Below the pieces are notes generated by a model, which was not told the origin of the DNA, made no database searches, and saw only the letters and a program-made list of their open reading frames with translations. Below, in pieces: positions 55,204-64,000 of a stretch of 64,000 bases of DNA. Source of the DNA: an uncultured Nitrospinota bacterium (GTDB lineage: Bacteria; Tectomicrobia; Entotheonellia; J063; CAVPRW01). The position numbers and the translations under genes are program-made. Positions within the stretch are counted from its first letter, which is position 1. Each line of letters begins with the position of its first letter. The stretch lies in NCBI GenBank assembly GCA_963707985.1, contig CAVPRW010000002.1, forward strand, positions 96,001-160,000, given 5' to 3'.

Positions 55204-55974
55204 TTATGCAGGTCCAGGCTTTTTCTGTAACTTGAAAGCCACCGAATAGGGACGGGTGTTGCTGTTCTTGAGCTGGCGTGCGGTCTTCGCGAGGTGATAG
55301 CGCTCTGCCGTAATCCTCGGTTCGTCAAAGTCGACCACGACGAACCCTGCCGCCGTGAAGGCCTTCCAGTAGTCTGACAGCGGTCGATGAAACCAGATGA
55401 ACTCCGAGGTGAAGTGGGCCCATGGCGGAGCGCTGCATGTCCGCGACTCGAAGTATGGAAAGCTCCATCGATAACAGATCTCTTCCCCATCTTCCGACAC
55501 GGTGGCACGGCCTTGGGGGAAACACGGATGGGAGAAGACTAGCACCGACACCCCACCAGGTTTCAGGACACGGTTGAACGCGGCCATGGTGCCCCGGAGG
55601 TCGGGAGTATCCATCAGCACATAGTTGGCGATGACCAGATCATAGTGCGTGCTATCGACGCTCGCAAGTTTGGAGCAGTCATCCACCCGGAAGTCCAGGC
55701 TGGGATACATGCCCCGGGCAATGAGGATCATCTGCTCGGAGAAGTCGACGCCCGTCACGAGGGCTCCTCGGTCATAGAGTTTTTTCGATAAATACCCGGT
55801 GCCGCAGCCGGCGTCGAGCACCGTGCGCCCATTGACGTCACCAGCAAATGCCCACAACACCGGGTCGGAATTGAGGATGCGGTTATCGTCCCCGTCATCA
55901 CCCACTTGTATCCGCCAATCATTCGCCAACCGGTTCCATAGGGCTCGGGCATCTTCATGCTCGTGATCGCTCAT
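55204..55974 (-). CDS. Class I SAM-dependent methyltransferase
   Basis: VLDAGCGTG, GVDFS and RVLKPGG. Confidence 0.9.
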   Translation of the reverse strand: MSDHEHEDARALWNRLANDWRIQVGDDGDDNRILNSDPVLWAFAGDVNGRTVLDAGCGTGYLSKKLYDRGALVTGVDFSEQMILIARGMYPSLDFRVDDCSKLASVDSTHYDLVIANYVLMDTPDLRGTMAAFNRVLKPGGVSVLVFSHPCFPQGRATVSEDGEEICYRWSFPYFESRTCSAPPWAHFTSEFIWFHRPLSDYWKAFTAAGFVVVDFDEPRITAERYHLAKTARQLKNSNTRPYSVAFKLQKKPGPA

Positions 55975-56117
55975 CGGTCGTTTTCCTGGCTATGCGGGTT
56001 GAAGGGAGGTTTCATGGCTTTGGCCTTCGCATACGACTGTACGTTAGGGGCATGAATAGACGACCTGTAGGGATTATCGTGGTTATCGGACACTGGAGGC
56101 CCCATTGCTGCTGGCAG

Positions 56118-56957
56118 CTAATGCTCAAAGGCATGGAAAGCCAAGCGAATACCGATCAACATCAGCCCAGTCGCAAGGATGAGGTTGATGCTCCGCCCTG
56201 AGAGGTATTGTGACAGCCGGGCACCCACTTGGGCTCCGACAATGACCCCGATGCCCAAGAAGAGGGTGCGTCGGTGACCGTGCACGAAGCTCCCAGCCAG
56301 TAGGTGCGACACGCTGCCGATGCTGCTCATGATCAGCAACATGAACTGCGACGTTGCAGTCGCTACATACAGTGGGAAGTCAAGCAGATAGACCAAGACC
56401 GGTACCTGGAAGGGACCGCCGCCGATGCCAAACATGCTGGAGATCCCGCCAATCATCAGACTGAGGAGTACACCCAGCCGATTGCTGAACGAATAGCTGT
56501 AGGTTGTTCCCTTAAAATCGATCAGCGTATGGGTTACATGATGGCGAAAGACGCGTGGGGACCGCTGCCTGGGGGTTGGCCGGACGAGGATAAAGGTGGC
56601 GAGGGCGAGGACCAGGACGCTGAAGAGCAGGTCGAAGAGCTGGCGGGACAGCAGACTGGTGGCATAGGCACCGAGCACGGCACCTGGGACAGTCGCGGCG
56701 CCAAATAAGAGACCCGCCCGGTAATCGATACGATGCATGTGTCCGTAGGCGAGTACGCCGGAGAGAGCATTCAAGAACACCACCGCAAGGGAGATACTGG
56801 CAATGTTGCTGGGTGCCTCGTGCGGGTAGAGCAACAATAACGCCGGTACTAAGAGAACCCCCCCGCCCGCACCGATCAGCGTTCCATAGGCCCCGACCGC
56901 AGCGCCCAGTAGCGTTAGCAGCGGATACGTCCAGTTCACAATGAAACTCTCCGGCAT
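56118..56957 (-). CDS. TauE/SafE family transporter
   Basis: GTLIGAGGG.LLVP, GIGGGP..VP and ATATS; multiple TM segments. Confidence 0.88.
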   Translation of the reverse strand: MPESFIVNWTYPLLTLLGAAVGAYGTLIGAGGGVLLVPALLLLYPHEAPSNIASISLAVVFLNALSGVLAYGHMHRIDYRAGLLFGAATVPGAVLGAYATSLLSRQLFDLLFSVLVLALATFILVRPTPRQRSPRVFRHHVTHTLIDFKGTTYSYSFSNRLGVLLSLMIGGISSMFGIGGGPFQVPVLVYLLDFPLYVATATSQFMLLIMSSIGSVSHLLAGSFVHGHRRTLFLGIGVIVGAQVGARLSQYLSGRSINLILATGLMLIGIRLAFHAFEH

Positions 56958-57322
56958 CAATCTTTCCAGGGGATGAGCAGTGCGATGCCGGCGACGATAG
57001 CCATCACACCGATGAGCCGCTTCATGACAGCTGCCGGCAGCAGATCGACCGTCATCACGCCCATCAGTCCCCCCACGAGGCTGCCAAGGGTTAACGCCAG
57101 GGTGGCCCCCCAAGGAATTCCGCCGGAGAGGTGCCGGTAGACCCCCAATGCCAGGAGATATCCCAGCCCCCCAATGACGGAGAGCGCCACACCTTCTTTC
57201 GGAGGGAATTGCAACACGAGTAGCAACATGGGAGCGGTGATCAATCCCCACCCGATGGCGGTGCTCGAGGAGATGGCACCTGCCACCAGACCTAGGACGG
57301 CCAGCTTGACGTAGAGATCCAT
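56957..57322 (-). CDS. Half-size TauE/SafE-like membrane protein
   Basis: About 121 aa with 4 TM segments and AIGWGLITAP; TGATG coupling to the downstream tauE-like gene. Confidence 0.65.
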   Translation of the reverse strand: MDLYVKLAVLGLVAGAISSSTAIGWGLITAPMLLLVLQFPPKEGVALSVIGGLGYLLALGVYRHLSGGIPWGATLALTLGSLVGGLMGVMTVDLLPAAVMKRLIGVMAIVAGIALLIPWKD

Positions 57323-57606
57323 AGAGCGTTTCTCAGCCTCCACCCGGCATACCACGATCGTGCATGTTGAAGCTGCGGTCGTTCCCAGCTTTTGACCGCT
57401 CCCCCCGTCAGCTCTGCCACGTAATCCTCGACAAAGCATGAGGAAATGATCGCTCTCACTGCCTGTAGCTTCGCAGAAAATGCTAATAGTGTCCAACTCT
57501 TTCTGGTGCCACCAGGAACCGCATCGCGGCAGCCACCTGGTCACCCAAAAGCGGTGACGCCGCCGGTATACGCCGGGAGCTGGGAAGGTGGCGGAAAGGG
57601 GGTCGT

Positions 57607-58242
57607 CTATGTGCCGCGCAGAATCTCTTCCAGACATATGAAGCGGTTCGGCAATGGTGTGGCCCACAACCAGGAAGCGTTCATCCAGAAGCCTAGCAAG
57701 ACCTCTGAACTAACTTGGCCTGCAGTAATGATCTCTTCCACATAGCCTTCTGCCCGGCGTCGATCTACCAGGAGCCGACGTAGCTCCGCATCGATAAACC
57801 AGACTTCTCCCACACCCGCCTCACGATAGATCAGGCGTTTATCACGAAGGTCATAGCGACGATTGGACGGCGACAGGACCTCGACCACTAGCTCCGGCAC
57901 GCCGTCGAATTCTTTGGGCAGCGGCATCGGCACGCGTTCTTGGCGGATGAAGAATACGTCGGGGGCGCATTTGCGGCCGGGAGCGAGGTGGATCAGGGAG
58001 TCCGGGCCCAGCACGACACCCAGCTCCTTTGCATCGCTGTAAAAACTCATCAACCCCCTTGTAAATCCACCGATATGGTCATGTTCTATTGATGCCGGTG
58101 AGTGCACGATCATCACTCCATCAAGCAATTCCGCCTTGGTGTCCTCGTCGACGAGCTCATCAAACATCTCCTCGGTGACGTCGTAGACCTGAATCATATA
58201 CGGCAGATCGATGCTTCTAAGGTCATGTGTGACTTCAATCAT
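57607..58242 (-). CDS. Uma2 family PD-(D/E)xK endonuclease
   Basis: ELLDG, PDVFF, PELVVEVLSPS and K...Y...GV.E.W. Confidence 0.9.
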   Translation of the reverse strand: MIEVTHDLRSIDLPYMIQVYDVTEEMFDELVDEDTKAELLDGVMIVHSPASIEHDHIGGFTRGLMSFYSDAKELGVVLGPDSLIHLAPGRKCAPDVFFIRQERVPMPLPKEFDGVPELVVEVLSPSNRRYDLRDKRLIYREAGVGEVWFIDAELRRLLVDRRRAEGYVEEIITAGQVSSEVLLGFWMNASWLWATPLPNRFICLEEILRGT

Positions 58243-58256
58243 GGCTCGGGACTCCG

Positions 58257-60964
58257 CTAATGCGCCTCAAACCAGTTGCGGCCAGCGCCGACGTCGACTT
58301 TGATAGGGCACCGTCGAGCTGTATGGCGTGCTCCATTTCTTCGACGACAAGCGGTTTGACCACCTCAAGCTCGGCCAGGGGCACCTCGAACACCAACTCG
58401 TCATGCACCTGCAAGAGCATTTGCGCTTTGAGCCCCTCACGCCGCAAGCGTTCCCTAATGTTGATCATCGCCAGCTTGATGAGGTCGGCGCTGCTTCCCT
58501 GGACAGGGGTATTGATGGCCATGTTCTCCGCCGCGACGCGAATCCCCGGGTTGTCGCTGAACAGTTCGGGTAGGTAGCGCCGTCGCCCGAGCAGGGTCGT
58601 GACATAGCCCTGCTCGCGCGCCTTGTCGATGCATGCGACGGTGTACCGATGCACGCCCGGATAGGTGGCAAAGTAGGCTTCGATGAAGCGTTTTGCCTCC
58701 TCCAGAGAAATGTCGTTTTCGCGTGCCAGGCGTGTCGGTCCCATACCATAGATCACACCGAAGTTGATGGTTTTCGCCCGGGCGCGTTGTTCGGGAGTCA
58801 CCTGCTCGGGCGGAACGCCAAAGATCTTGGATGCGGTGCGGCGATGCACATCTTCTCCGGAGCGGAACGATTCGATCAAGGTCGCATCCTGCGACAGATG
58901 GGCCAGGATGCGCAGCTCGATCTGCGAATAATCCGCCGACAGTAGGCAGCGATCATCGGTCTCGGCGATGAAGGCCTTACGAATCTCCCGTCCTAACTCA
59001 GTTCGGGCCGGGATGTTCTGTAAATTGGGGTCTGATGACGATAGACGGCCTGTGGCCGCCACCGTCTGGTTATATGACGTATGGACGCGTCCTGTGCGAG
59101 GATTAATCAATTGCGGCAGGGCATCGACGTAGGTGGATTTGAGCTTGGCCAACTGCCGGTATTCGAGGATTTTCTGTACCAGCGGATGGTCTTTGAATTG
59201 CTCGAGCGCGGCGACATCAGTAGAATAGCCGGTTTTGGTCTTGCGCACGCGTTTGAGGCCCTGAGCCTTGTGAATCTCCAATTTCTCGAACAGGATCCGT
59301 CCCAATTGTTGGGTAGAGTTGATATTAAAGACCTCACCTGCGAGCCCGTGAATGTCATGGGTCAGCGTCAAGAGTTGGCGGTCCATCTCCTGGGACATCT
59401 GTTGTAGGAGAGGCACGTCGAGGCAGACTCCTGCTTGCTCCATCTCTTTGAGGACCACAATCAGAGGGATCTCGACGCGCTGGAAGAGGTCCCAGGTCGC
59501 CGTCTCTTTGAGCTTGGCCTCCAAGAGATCTCGCAATCGCCAGGTGACATCGGCGTCCTCACAGGCATAGCGGGCAACGTCCTCGATCGGGACTTCACGC
59601 ATCGTACGCTGGGCTCTGCCGGAGCCGATGAGGTCGGTGATGGGAATTTTCTTGATCTGCAGATACTCCAAGGCGAGGGCATCGAGATTGTGCTGGCGCC
59701 CCGAGGGGTTCACCACATAGGAGGCCACCATGGTGTCGAAGTCCACGCCCTGCAGCTCAATGCCATGACCGCTGAGAACCAGCATGTCGTATTTGATATT
59801 TTGACCACATTTCAAGATCGCCGGGTTCTCCAGAATCGGCTTCAACCCCTTCAGCACATAGTCCCCATCGTCGGGCTGTGGATCATCAGGGAACTGCACC
59901 GGCACACAATAAGCCTCGCCGGGCAGCCAAGCCAGCGAGACACAGACCAGCTCAGCATTCACGGGATCGAGGGCGGTGGTTTCGGTGTCGATCGCAAAGC
60001 GCTCAAGGGTCTGCAGTGTCTGGCATAGACGAGCGAATTCGACGCGGGAGCGGATGAGCTGATAACCTCGATGATCGGCTGCGTTATGCACCGCGACCTG
60101 CCGCACCAGGCTCCCGAACTCCAGGTCCTGGAACAGGGCCGTGAGACGTGCGGCATCGCGTGGCCGTGGCGCCAGATCAGTGGGGGAACAGGGGATGGGG
60201 ACGTCGAGGTGAATCGTCGCCAGCTCCTGGGACAGGCGTGCCATCTCGATATTGGCCAGGATCTTATCGGCCACACCTTTGGGTTTGATCTCCGCCGCCC
60301 TGGCCAGGATGGTCTCCAGGTCGCCATAGTCCTGGATCAGTTTTACCGCTGTCTTCTCACCGATGCCTCGCACCCCTGGAATATTGTCCGAGCTATCGCC
60401 CATCAGGGCCAGGACGTCGATGACACGCTCCGGTGGCACACCGAATTTCTGCTGCACGCCAGCCGGATCGAGGATCTCTTGTTGGTTATCCACGCGGCGG
60501 AGGCTGTAGATCTTGACGTGTGGCGACACCAACTGCATCAAGTCCTTATCCGCTGTCACCAGGTAGGTCTTGAGGCCTGCCCGCTCGGCCTGTTTAGCCA
60601 ACGTGCCCATGACATCGTCGGCTTCAAAGCCGGCGAGCTCGATCAGTGCCACCCCCAGCGCCTCAGTTACCTCTTTCAAGCGCGGCCATTGGCCACTCAG
60701 CTCATCCGGCATCTTCTGCCGCGTCGCTTTATAGTCAGCAAACCGCTCGTGGCGGAAGGTCGGTTCCGGGGTATCAAAGGCCACTGCCATGTATTCAGGC
60801 TTCTCCTGCCCCAGGATATCGAGCAGCGTGCGGGTATACCCGAAGACCGCGCTGGTATTTTCGCCCTTCGAATTGATCAGCGGGTTGCGGATGAAGGCGA
60901 AATAAGAGCGATACGCCAGAGCTGACCCGTCGATGAGGAACAATCGCGGTGTCTTCGTCATCAT
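58257..60964 (-). CDS. polA: DNA polymerase I (apparent frameshift in the last ~20 codons)
   Basis: LIDGS..AYR, DTET, TGRLSSSDPNLQNIP, ADYSQIELR and LQVHDEL. An alternative frame gives the canonical KVDVGAGRNWFEAH* ending at 58257. Confidence 0.97.
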
Positions 60965-61266
60965 GTCTCCTTTACAGGCAGAGGTCTGCTCCCCCTGAGC
61001 GTGGGGAGAGCACCGGGATGTTTCACGTAATGGAGTCTTCGTTACTATACATGAGCGGCTCGCACGGCTCAACCGCCCACCCCTGGTACCCGTGCGTGGC
61101 CTGGAATATGATATAGTGACTGCCCGGGCCTGTGCGGCTCAGATGGCAGAACCAAGGCTTGAGGCCGCTCGTCACCGTGTTTTCACCTTGACAGGATGTT
61201 TTGGGGCGAGCGGAGCGCAGCCAGCGGTTGTAGTGTGTGCGATCATGGTTGCAGATGACCGGCTGG

Positions 61267-62053
61267 ATGGTTGATATGGAGCTGAACACCCTTCACCGAT
61301 CCAACGCAGACCGACAAGGGCATGCCCCGGGATCAGTCATCGATCGCCCGTCCACCCTGCCGTCCCGGTCACGCATAGGGCGTTGGATACGACTCGCCCT
61401 CCTGAGCGTCCCCTGCCTGGGGCTCGCGACGCTCTTCCTCGCCCCATGGCTGTTTCCGGGTCCTCCAGCGGGGCACTTTACCGTCACCCCACCCCATCCC
61501 ACAGAAGTAGGGGATCGGCTGGTCGGCCCGGTCCGCTATACCCTGGAGGCCCGTGCCGCCGAGCAGTGGACGTATTTCGATTTCTCGCGTGGGGCGGTCG
61601 TGGACGTCCCGCATCAGTTCGGGGTCACTTGGGACCTGGCCTTCCAGCGCCATAAAATTCTCTCCAACGGCGGCGCCACCAACCCGAAGGGGAGGGGAGC
61701 CATCCTGAACCTTGGCCCAGTGGCCTTCGATGAGGTTCTGGGAGGCCCCGGTGGAGGGGTACATCGAGGACACCATCGCCGCCATCAATCCGGAGATGAT
61801 CACCACGGAGAATCTCGCCATCAAAGCCTGGTATCACTACAATTTTCTCACCCATGTGCTGCAACCGAAGGCGCATGTCTACATCATACGCACCGCCGAT
61901 GGGAAGTATGCCAAGATGCGTCTCCTCAGTTACTATTGCGACGGCGGTCAGGCGTCCGGTTGCTTCACCCTCGAGTATGTCTACCAGGGCGATGGTAGCC
62001 GGCGTTTCGTCCCGAATCCGTCCATCCATTCTGAGGTTGGAGAGAGCCGGTAA
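61267..62053 (+). CDS. HmuY-family (heme-binding-like) membrane-anchored protein, one frameshift near 61740
   Basis: WTYFDF, WDLAFQR, NGG, WYHY and YIIRTADGKYAK..L.SYY. Confidence 0.8.
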
Positions 62054-62284
62054 ATTTTGCGGCTGACCCCGATGGTCTCGCGCATCAGTTTGCCTGCAAC
62101 GGGCACTATCTTGGTGCGGCCGCTCGCAGGCCACACGGAGGTGCCCCTCTGTGGCACGGTCCTCACCCGTCGCTATACCGCCCTTCTGGGCTCGGCGGAA
62201 CACCCGACCACGGCTATCACACAGCACAGCTCTCAAGAAGAAAGTCGTGTGGATCTACGATGCGCAGGTTGATGGAGGGCGAGG

Positions 62285-63997
62285 TCATCCTGAAGACTCT
62301 CGGGTGTTGCGCAGGAGGCGCCGCAGCATTTTGCCGGCTGCACTGATTGGCAATGCATCTCTGAACTCGATGAGGCGTGGCACTTTGTACGGCATCAAGC
62401 GCTCCTGGCAGAACGACAGCAGATCCGTCGTGCTAGTGCGCTGGCGATGATTTTTCTTGAGCACGACGAAGGCCTTCACCGCTTCGCCCCGATAGGCATC
62501 ATCGACGCCGACCACCGCGGCTATCTCGACGGCCGGATGAGCATAGAGCACCTCTTCGACCTCGCGCGGCCAGACCTTGAAGCCAGCAGTGTTGATTTGA
62601 TCTTTCGTGCGATCGACGATGAAAAAGTACCCGTCGCCATCCATCTGCGCCACGTCACCGGTGTGAAACCAGCCTCCTGCCATCGCCGCGGCGGTCTCCT
62701 CGGGTCGGTTCCAATAGCCTTGCATGACCTGTGGTCCGCGGATGAGCAGCTCCCCAGGCTCGCCTTCGGGAAGATCGGCCCCCGTCACCAGGTCCACGAT
62801 TTTGGCATCGGTATCCGCAATTGGGATGCCAATGGAGCCGGGCTTGGCGCGGTGGATTGGGTTCGCATGCGTGAGCGGACTGGTTTCGGTCAATCCATAG
62901 CCTTCGACCAACACCTCGCGGCCGACCAACTCGTCAAAGGCTGCCTTGACGCTCGGTGGCAGTGGAGCAGCATTCGTTCGGCAAGCTCGCAGGGAAGCGT
63001 AGTCGGCGCGGCGACTGTCCACATGATTTAGCAAGGCGATAAACATGGTGGGAACGCCGAACAGCCGGGTGGCACGATATCGTTCCACAGCCTGCGCGAC
63101 AGCTGTGGGACGAAAGCGCGACAGGACCAGGAGTGTCGCCCCAGCGTAAAGTGGAATGTTCATGGCACCAGACATGCCACCGCTGTGGAACATGGGCAGC
63201 ACCCCGAGACAAATCTCGGCGCCAGGCTCGAAGGCATACCATTCGCCAAATTGCACGGTGTTGGCGACGATGTTGCGATGTGTGAGCATCGCCCCCTTAG
63301 GTGTTCCGGTGGTGCCGCCAGTATACAAGATGACCGCCACGTCTTTACTGGCATCGATAGCCGGCGTCTTAAGCGGCCGGCCATCTTCGATCAGCAGGTC
63401 TTCAAAGGGGATAGCATCCTTCATAGAGGAGCTGCCAGCCTCTGAGCTGAGCACGAGGGGAATCCCCATGTCGTTGGCAACGGTAGCGGTCGTCGTGGCC
63501 CCACCAGACGCGGCGATGAGCAAGGAGGCCTCAGTGTCACCGAGTTGGTACTTGAGCTCCGAGCCCGTGGCCACAGGATTGATTGGGACCACCGTGGCTC
63601 CGGCTAGCCAGGTAGCATAGAAGCTGGTGATCAACGCCGGCGAGTTCGGCAGGCACAACGCCACTCGTGCCCCGTGGCCAATGCCAAGGCGCTGCAGACC
63701 CACCGCCAGGGCTCGCGCCCGGGTGGCGAGGGCGGCATAGGTGAGCGTTTCGCGCTCGGCAAGGGTATCGTGATCGAGATAGCGGATGGCGATGCGTTCT
63801 GGGTACCTATCGAGGTTGTGCTCCAGGATCCACCAAGCCGGGGCCAGCGGGTAGTCAAGAGCATAGGGAAGATGGGAAGGCCAGACTCTGAACCACGGAC
63901 GGCACGACTTATCTGACGATGGGCGATGCCAGGGAGACTCAAGACTTTCTGCAGACACTCTCTGGGGGCTCCTCTGCAGGATGGGGAGATGACACAC
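62285..63997 (-). CDS. Long-chain fatty acid-CoA ligase (start uncertain)
   Basis: YTGGTTGTPKG, EGYGLTE, WFHTGD and PREVEEVL. Confidence 0.93.
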   Translation of the reverse strand: MCHLPILQRSPQRVSAESLESPWHRPSSDKSCRPWFRVWPSHLPYALDYPLAPAWWILEHNLDRYPERIAIRYLDHDTLAERETLTYAALATRARALAVGLQRLGIGHGARVALCLPNSPALITSFYATWLAGATVVPINPVATGSELKYQLGDTEASLLIAASGGATTTATVANDMGIPLVLSSEAGSSSMKDAIPFEDLLIEDGRPLKTPAIDASKDVAVILYTGGTTGTPKGAMLTHRNIVANTVQFGEWYAFEPGAEICLGVLPMFHSGGMSGAMNIPLYAGATLLVLSRFRPTAVAQAVERYRATRLFGVPTMFIALLNHVDSRRADYASLRACRTNAAPLPPSVKAAFDELVGREVLVEGYGLTETSPLTHANPIHRAKPGSIGIPIADTDAKIVDLVTGADLPEGEPGELLIRGPQVMQGYWNRPEETAAAMAGGWFHTGDVAQMDGDGYFFIVDRTKDQINTAGFKVWPREVEEVLYAHPAVEIAAVVGVDDAYRGEAVKAFVVLKKNHRQRTSTTDLLSFCQERLMPYKVPRLIEFRDALPISAAGKMLRRLLRNTRESSG

Positions 63998-64000
63998 CCC

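Noticed and set aside
58235..58320. polA as a pseudogene or with a novel C-terminus
   Set aside because: The canonical ending is present in another frame; most likely homopolymer indel errors.
1..64000. CRISPR array, rRNA or tRNA genes
   Set aside because: No regularly spaced repeats or recognisable RNA gene sequences seen by eye; a covariance-model search was not possible.

Overview
GC-rich bacterial chromosomal window in which housekeeping blocks alternate with decayed accessory islands. The housekeeping blocks are hemE-hemH-hemY, a GH15-tal-zfw-type pentose phosphate cluster (tal-zwf-glk-rpe), polA, a long-chain acyl-CoA ligase, a two-component pair, and flavin/F420 oxidoreductases. Single-base frameshifts occur even in polA, so many are probably long-read consensus errors. 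Accessory regions: (1) 1-7.8 kb, a type IIG/DISARM-like N6-adenine methyltransferase plus SF2 and UvrD helicase locus, stuffed with toxin-antitoxin/MNT-HEPN modules and carrying a large internal deletion. (2) 23.8-32.7 kb, an IS-flanked, visibly AT-richer island with a co-oriented operon: SPPY DNA methyltransferase, protein-kinase/P-loop ATPase fusion, CARF-like hypothetical protein, ThyX, with vapBC upstream. This is the best candidate for an undescribed defence system. (3) 46.6-53.1 kb, an island bounded by a 163-bp direct repeat of the rpe 3' end. An OsmC-family gene has an in-frame TGA at the catalytic Cys position and is a probable selenoprotein. No CRISPR array, rRNA or tRNA was recognised. 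All family calls come from motif recognition by eye, not database searches.
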